Below the pieces are notes generated by a model. The model saw only the letters and a program-made list of their open reading frames with translations. It was not told the origin of the DNA and made no database searches. A program made the position numbers and the translations under genes. From the IMG/VR virus record IMGVR_UViG_3300042400_000421, positions 22,059-86,058 of that record: a stretch of 64,000 nt of DNA; one strand, given 5' to 3'. Origin of the DNA: a virus. Positions 59,653 to 64,000 of the stretch are shown here, one piece after another (the first letter of the stretch is position 1; each line of letters starts with the position of its first letter).

Positions 59653-60012
59653 TTATGACTCGTAACCAAGGGCGCTGATAACGCTCTGTGGTAAATATAC
59701 GTTGTTCCATACTGACTTTGGAGCAGACTTGGCAATTGCCTCGTCTTCTTCATCGTCTTCTGGGTCAACACTCTTTTTGATAGCTCCAGCGTCAGCAAAC
59801 TTGCTAACTTGCTCTTCTGTCTCAGAGAGAGCTTTTTCTGCGGCTTCTAATTTTTCTTGAAGTTCAGCAGTGCTGGCTTCAAAACCCTTTGTAATATTGT
59901 CGATCTTATCGTTTAGCGATGCCTCAACTTCTTCCTTAATGGAAGTAGCGAAGTTAGCCAACTTATCGTCAACAACAGCACTCAGAGCATCTTTAAGGAC
60001 TTCAATATCCAT
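59653..60012 (-). CDS. nested in-frame scaffolding protein (119 aa)
   Basis: Internal caggaggaacatATG (MDIEVLKD...). Confidence 0.65.
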   Translation of the reverse strand: MDIEVLKDALSAVVDDKLANFATSIKEEVEASLNDKIDNITKGFEASTAELQEKLEAAEKALSETEEQVSKFADAGAIKKSVDPEDDEEDEAIAKSAPKSVWNNVYLPQSVISALGYES

Positions 60013-61215
60013 ATGTTCCTCCTGTGTGTTTTCATTAACTTCAACTATATCTGTTGTTGAAGCATTTTCTTGAACATCTGGAACAAGCCAATTGACTAAT
60101 CTCTTCAAAAGAGATAGCCTATTTATTTCTTGTTCATTCATGTCTAAGACCATATCACAGTTTACATCATTTTGCAATAAAATATCCTGTGTTTCAATTA
60201 ATTCTGTATCTTCTACAGATTTATTTGCAATCATTTCATCTTTTTCCTTTTTCTTTTTCTGGGGCTGTGTTGGAGTTTTAAAACTTCCTTGTGTTGGATT
60301 TTTAATTCCCGCACCCATATTCCCAGATGTGACTTCACCTTCTTTCTTCATACCTTTCTCTTTAGTATTCTGATAGCGTTCAAGAAGTCTGCGACCTTTT
60401 GCAGCAAGTTCTGCTGCATCTTGTGCGTTTTGTGGTACTGGTTCTCCCCAAGCTGCTGCAGAGAGAGCAAGCCTTGTAGGTCTACCTTTTGGATCTTTCA
60501 TTGGACCAGATGGATTTGTAAAAAAGCGTGTAAGGAATGAGCCTTTTCTACGCATTTTCTCTGGCGTATCTGCTGCACCTCGGACTCCGGGCTTGAGATT
60601 TGCGCCCTCAGTCTCCTTGAAGTGTCTACGACCTGCAGCAGTCAGACCACCCTTAGGGTCTTTGAGAGGTTGCTTTGCTTTTTCAAAATCAATATCTTCA
60701 AGAACATCCAAAATATAGTCAAGATTGCCATCAATATCCATTTTGATAATATCAACAATTGCAAGTGCATTTGCGGGGTTATCAACTAAACTCAACTCAC
60801 CAAGCGTATATTTTTTAATAATATTAACTGGTCGGCCTCTAAACATTTTTTCTGTAGACTCAGCCTTTTCCATAATTTTTCCACCAATGGAAAATGCTTG
60901 AAGAGTTCCATCAAGGATTTTTTCCCAAGTATCTTGGGCACCCTTTGAAATATAAGCACTTACTTTAATAGCCTTATATTTTTCACCATCTTCAGATTCA
61001 ATTTCAACTGGTTCATAACTAATAGCTTTACCTACGGCAATGGGGTGATGCATTTCTCTAATATTTCCACCCCAATTCTTGAATGCCTCTAAAGAAGCAC
61101 TAAACTCAACAATATCGCCGGACTTATCAATATTGTCAGCAGTAGCAATACCACTAACAATTCTTTCTTCTCTTTTGATCATATCAATAGGGAAAGATAA
61201 ATTAAAGTTTTCCAT
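59653..61215 (-). CDS. prohead protease fused to a basic inserted domain and C-terminal scaffold
   Basis: IREMH...AVGK...FSIGG...ELSLVDNPAN protease motifs; acidic coiled-coil C-terminus. Confidence 0.88.
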   Translation of the reverse strand: MENFNLSFPIDMIKREERIVSGIATADNIDKSGDIVEFSASLEAFKNWGGNIREMHHPIAVGKAISYEPVEIESEDGEKYKAIKVSAYISKGAQDTWEKILDGTLQAFSIGGKIMEKAESTEKMFRGRPVNIIKKYTLGELSLVDNPANALAIVDIIKMDIDGNLDYILDVLEDIDFEKAKQPLKDPKGGLTAAGRRHFKETEGANLKPGVRGAADTPEKMRRKGSFLTRFFTNPSGPMKDPKGRPTRLALSAAAWGEPVPQNAQDAAELAAKGRRLLERYQNTKEKGMKKEGEVTSGNMGAGIKNPTQGSFKTPTQPQKKKKEKDEMIANKSVEDTELIETQDILLQNDVNCDMVLDMNEQEINRLSLLKRLVNWLVPDVQENASTTDIVEVNENTQEEHMDIEVLKDALSAVVDDKLANFATSIKEEVEASLNDKIDNITKGFEASTAELQEKLEAAEKALSETEEQVSKFADAGAIKKSVDPEDDEEDEAIAKSAPKSVWNNVYLPQSVISALGYES

Positions 61216-61257
61216 GATTACCTCGTAATTTTAAATTATACACCATTATTTGTATAA

Positions 61258-61518
61258 TTAGCCAACTGCGTAAGCTGCAAGACTTACTCCGGCTGTAACA
61301 ACTTTAATCGTTGTATAGTCTCCCGGAATTTTATGGTATAAATGACTTCCATTAGTTGGTGAATGTGGAATAAGAATTTGATGTCTTCCATTTAATTCAA
61401 TAACAACATTGGTGTTATTGTCAGTGTTATGGACAAACAAATAATCAGTGTGATGTCCAATTGACACCACTCCATCTGTGCTTGCGATAGCTGTTGTTGT
61501 ATATACAATACTACTCAT
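61258..61518 (-). CDS. small hypothetical (virion?) protein
   Basis: Start MSSIVY with SD aaggag, overlapping the portal stop. Confidence 0.6.
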   Translation of the reverse strand: MSSIVYTTTAIASTDGVVSIGHHTDYLFVHNTDNNTNVVIELNGRHQILIPHSPTNGSHLYHKIPGDYTTIKVVTAGVSLAAYAVG

Positions 61519-63145
61519 TTTTTTCTCCTTCAAATACCTTAACGGTATCTATATTGTCGCCAGAATCTTGACTCTGGCCTCTTTCTTTTTGATCTCCACT
61601 GCCTTGAACACCCGTTGGTGTTGAGCCAGCATCTGATCTAGACTTTGGTGGAATTGATGAAGCATTATTGGAATTGCCAACTGGCGCTCCTGCTCCTTCC
61701 TTTTTAACTTTTGTAGGGAAAGGAAGGACTTCATCACCATCTTTACGTTCTGGCAACCCAACCTTAGTTCTAACTTCATTTGGAGAAATAACTTCAGTTC
61801 TAAGATATCTATCGTAGATTCTTGATTCCATATCTTCATCCATAAGATCAATCTTATTAAGTTTGAATTGCAGAAGGTCTGTAAACTCTTTAACCAGACG
61901 ATTGAGTTTCTTTTCAATAACTGCTTGATCTGGTCCAATCACTTGCATCTTAAATGTTTTATCGGCATCTCTTGACACTGCCAAGTTTGCATTGTCATAA
62001 ACTCCGACTTTGGGAGCAGGAACCCTATTTGCGACAAGTATCTCATCACGGTTTGATTTACGATATTTATCAAAAGATGAATCTTGAATTCCGGCTTCTA
62101 ATTTTTCAAATTTAATATCAGTATCAGAACCAATAGATGCAGGCAAAGGAATAATTAAAGTACCGTGATTGCGACCTTTAACTTCGTTTCTAAAATAATT
62201 AACAAGCTCTTGTTTCGAGCGCTGACTAATCTTTGCACCTTTAAGGATAATTGCATAACGAGGAATGGCTTTGTTTTCAAAATAGTCAATATTATATTCT
62301 TTAGCAAATTTGTCTCCAATTATTGCTGCAGCAGCAGAAACGGCTGCAGGAATACCATAATAAGTATTGTTTGGAGAATACATTTTAAAGTGAATAATCT
62401 CGTTAGGGCTTGGGTCCATGTTAATTGGGTCTTCCATCCCCAAGTCTTGAAAGTTTCTAAAGAATACAGCTTGAATCTTATTACTTCTAGAAATCTGTAC
62501 AAAACCATCTCTTTTTCTACGAACTCTTACCATTGTTCCAGGGATATGACCGATATACCCAATCTTCCCAGAATTATTGCGACCAATTTCTAGATAACCG
62601 TTCCCAATTGTAAGAACATCTTGCCAAACACGAACCATTGTCTCAATCAAAGTCTCTTCAATATTAAGATCCTCAAAAGCGTCATCAAGTTCTTCTTTGA
62701 GATCTTGCATCTGTCTTCTCATTCTCTCAAGTTTTACTTTGTCATCTTGAACTCTTTCAATCTTCCTTTTAGCCTTCAAAGTTTCTTGGAATTCATAACC
62801 TAGACCAACGGTATTCATTACACGGGCATTAATAGCCGCATAATGAATAGAACTTTGATCATAAAGATGTGCAAGATTATCTAAATCATAAGGAGGATTG
62901 ATAATGTCCCATAGTGAATATCCGTTAACAACAAGAGGATCAATATATTTACTTGCTGTACCGTCTTCGCCTTCATACTTCTTTTGAAGTCTTTGCGCTT
63001 TCCTCTTCATTCTTGGAGAAAGTGAAGACATTTTAACTGATAAGAATGGATCTGTTACTTTCTTTTCTGCATCAAAAGCGCTGTACGAGATATCGTCAAA
63101 CTCTACTTCAACTTGTTCATCTTGAACGACTTCCATTTTTTGCAT
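61511..63145 (-). CDS. portal protein
   Basis: IGNGYLEI.R, EIIHFK, YYGIP, YFENKAIP, ISPNEVR..GL. Confidence 0.93.
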   Translation of the reverse strand: MQKMEVVQDEQVEVEFDDISYSAFDAEKKVTDPFLSVKMSSLSPRMKRKAQRLQKKYEGEDGTASKYIDPLVVNGYSLWDIINPPYDLDNLAHLYDQSSIHYAAINARVMNTVGLGYEFQETLKAKRKIERVQDDKVKLERMRRQMQDLKEELDDAFEDLNIEETLIETMVRVWQDVLTIGNGYLEIGRNNSGKIGYIGHIPGTMVRVRRKRDGFVQISRSNKIQAVFFRNFQDLGMEDPINMDPSPNEIIHFKMYSPNNTYYGIPAAVSAAAAIIGDKFAKEYNIDYFENKAIPRYAIILKGAKISQRSKQELVNYFRNEVKGRNHGTLIIPLPASIGSDTDIKFEKLEAGIQDSSFDKYRKSNRDEILVANRVPAPKVGVYDNANLAVSRDADKTFKMQVIGPDQAVIEKKLNRLVKEFTDLLQFKLNKIDLMDEDMESRIYDRYLRTEVISPNEVRTKVGLPERKDGDEVLPFPTKVKKEGAGAPVGNSNNASSIPPKSRSDAGSTPTGVQGSGDQKERGQSQDSGDNIDTVKVFEGEKNE

Positions 63146-63483
63146 TAAATTGACCTCTGATGAGCGAAATATGCATCATACATATCTTCGTATGGGTCTG
63201 CAATTAAACCATTGGAAAGTCTTTCAGCTTGATCATCTCTTTCTGAAGAAGAAATTTTCCTTGCTCCAGCAATCCATCGGATAGTTCCTTCGTTAGTTCC
63301 AGTCCAATATTTGGCAGCCTGTGAAACACTTTTTTCAACCTTTGGGTCATTCATTAGCCCTTCTGCCGAAAGAACTCCATCGCCATCAGACAAAGGAAGA
63401 CCGTCTGGAAGAATCCAAATACAAACACCATAGGCTCTTTCCGGAACCCAGATTTTCTTATTTTTAATAATGTCAGAACTCAT
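63145..63483 (-). CDS. phage hypothetical protein upstream of portal
   Basis: TAATG-coupled to the portal gene. Confidence 0.65.
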   Translation of the reverse strand: MSSDIIKNKKIWVPERAYGVCIWILPDGLPLSDGDGVLSAEGLMNDPKVEKSVSQAAKYWTGTNEGTIRWIAGARKISSSERDDQAERLSNGLIADPYEDMYDAYFAHQRSI

Positions 63484-63545
63484 ATAGTTACAATTCTACA
63501 TCACTTTCTTTAAATTATCTACACACTAGCGACAGTTTTATGTGA

Positions 63546-64000
63546 TTAATGAACAATGTTGTCTTTAATAAGTTTGATTTCGCAACTATCTGTTGTGCAA
63601 TAGCTTTCTCCAACTGCGTCAGCAGCCATTCCTGCATATACACCTTCAAAGTCAATCGGGAATAATTTCATCTCACCATCGTTGATATATTCATCTTCAG
63701 TAATTTGAGTGTAGGGCATTTGTGGATAAGTAAAGTTTCCAGAAGGTAGGAATGAAACAGTCTTTAATTGACCATCATACATATGAAGAACTGTCCCAAC
63801 ATGCTTTTGCTCAGTTTCCGAATCAAAAGATATTGTTACAGAAACAGAATTATCTGACCAATATCTCTGAGCAACAGAGGCAATCGCCATCTTTTCAAAG
63901 ATAGTTACATCACGCTCTGCTCTTTCAGCATCAGATTTAATTGGGAAAAATACAACAGATGTTGTATCTGGAGATTCAGATGCAGGCTCAACACGATAAT
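63546..64000 (-). CDS. nrdJ: class II (adenosylcobalamin-dependent) ribonucleotide reductase, C-terminal part
   Basis: YWSDNSVSVT, LKTVSFLP, YPQMPY..IT..EY, terminal CTTDSC redox pair; runs off the window end. Confidence 0.88.
   Translation of the reverse strand, partial: YRVEPASESPDTTSVVFFPIKSDAERAERDVTIFEKMAIASVAQRYWSDNSVSVTISFDSETEQKHVGTVLHMYDGQLKTVSFLPSGNFTYPQMPYTQITEDEYINDGEMKLFPIDFEGVYAGMAADAVGESYCTTDSCEIKLIKDNIVH

Noticed and set aside
1-64000. tRNA/rRNA genes, inteins, introns, integrase, stop-codon reassignment
   Set aside because: Intergenic gaps are short with no cloverleaf seen; DnaE, TerL and helicase have normal lengths; genes read intact in the standard code. tRNAscan was not run.

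Overview
A 64-kb segment of a large tailed phage genome (long tape measure, no sheath seen, so probably a siphovirus), with essentially all genes on the minus strand. A WhiB-family gene, a DnaE-type polymerase and many apparently leaderless genes point to an actinobacterial host (inference). In transcription order (high to low coordinate) the window holds: the 3' end of a class II ribonucleotide reductase; portal, prohead protease/scaffold and major capsid; small virion proteins; a secreted Thr-rich acidic-repeat protein; a lysis cassette; Gly-rich fibre genes; an enzyme cassette (2OG-Fe(II) oxygenase, flavin-dependent halogenase, unknowns); head-tail and tail genes with a -1 frameshift chaperone; replication genes (WhiB, DnaB, primase, SSB, DnaE); three glycosyltransferases plus an FkbM methyltransferase; RecA, three DNA methyltransferases, a Cas4-like nuclease and RuvC; and the terminase, about 58 kb from the portal. 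The strongest candidate for an undescribed system is a fibre protein with a 197-aa His/Tyr/Gly-rich insert, absent from its adjacent paralogue, followed directly by a coupled halogenase/oxygenase cassette that may chemically tailor the virion. Also notable are an unannotated 32-aa, 9-Cys metallothionein-like ORF, a stand-alone structured small transcript carrying a 28-aa leaderless ORF, and a nested scaffold start. All family assignments come from motif recognition by eye; no searches were run.
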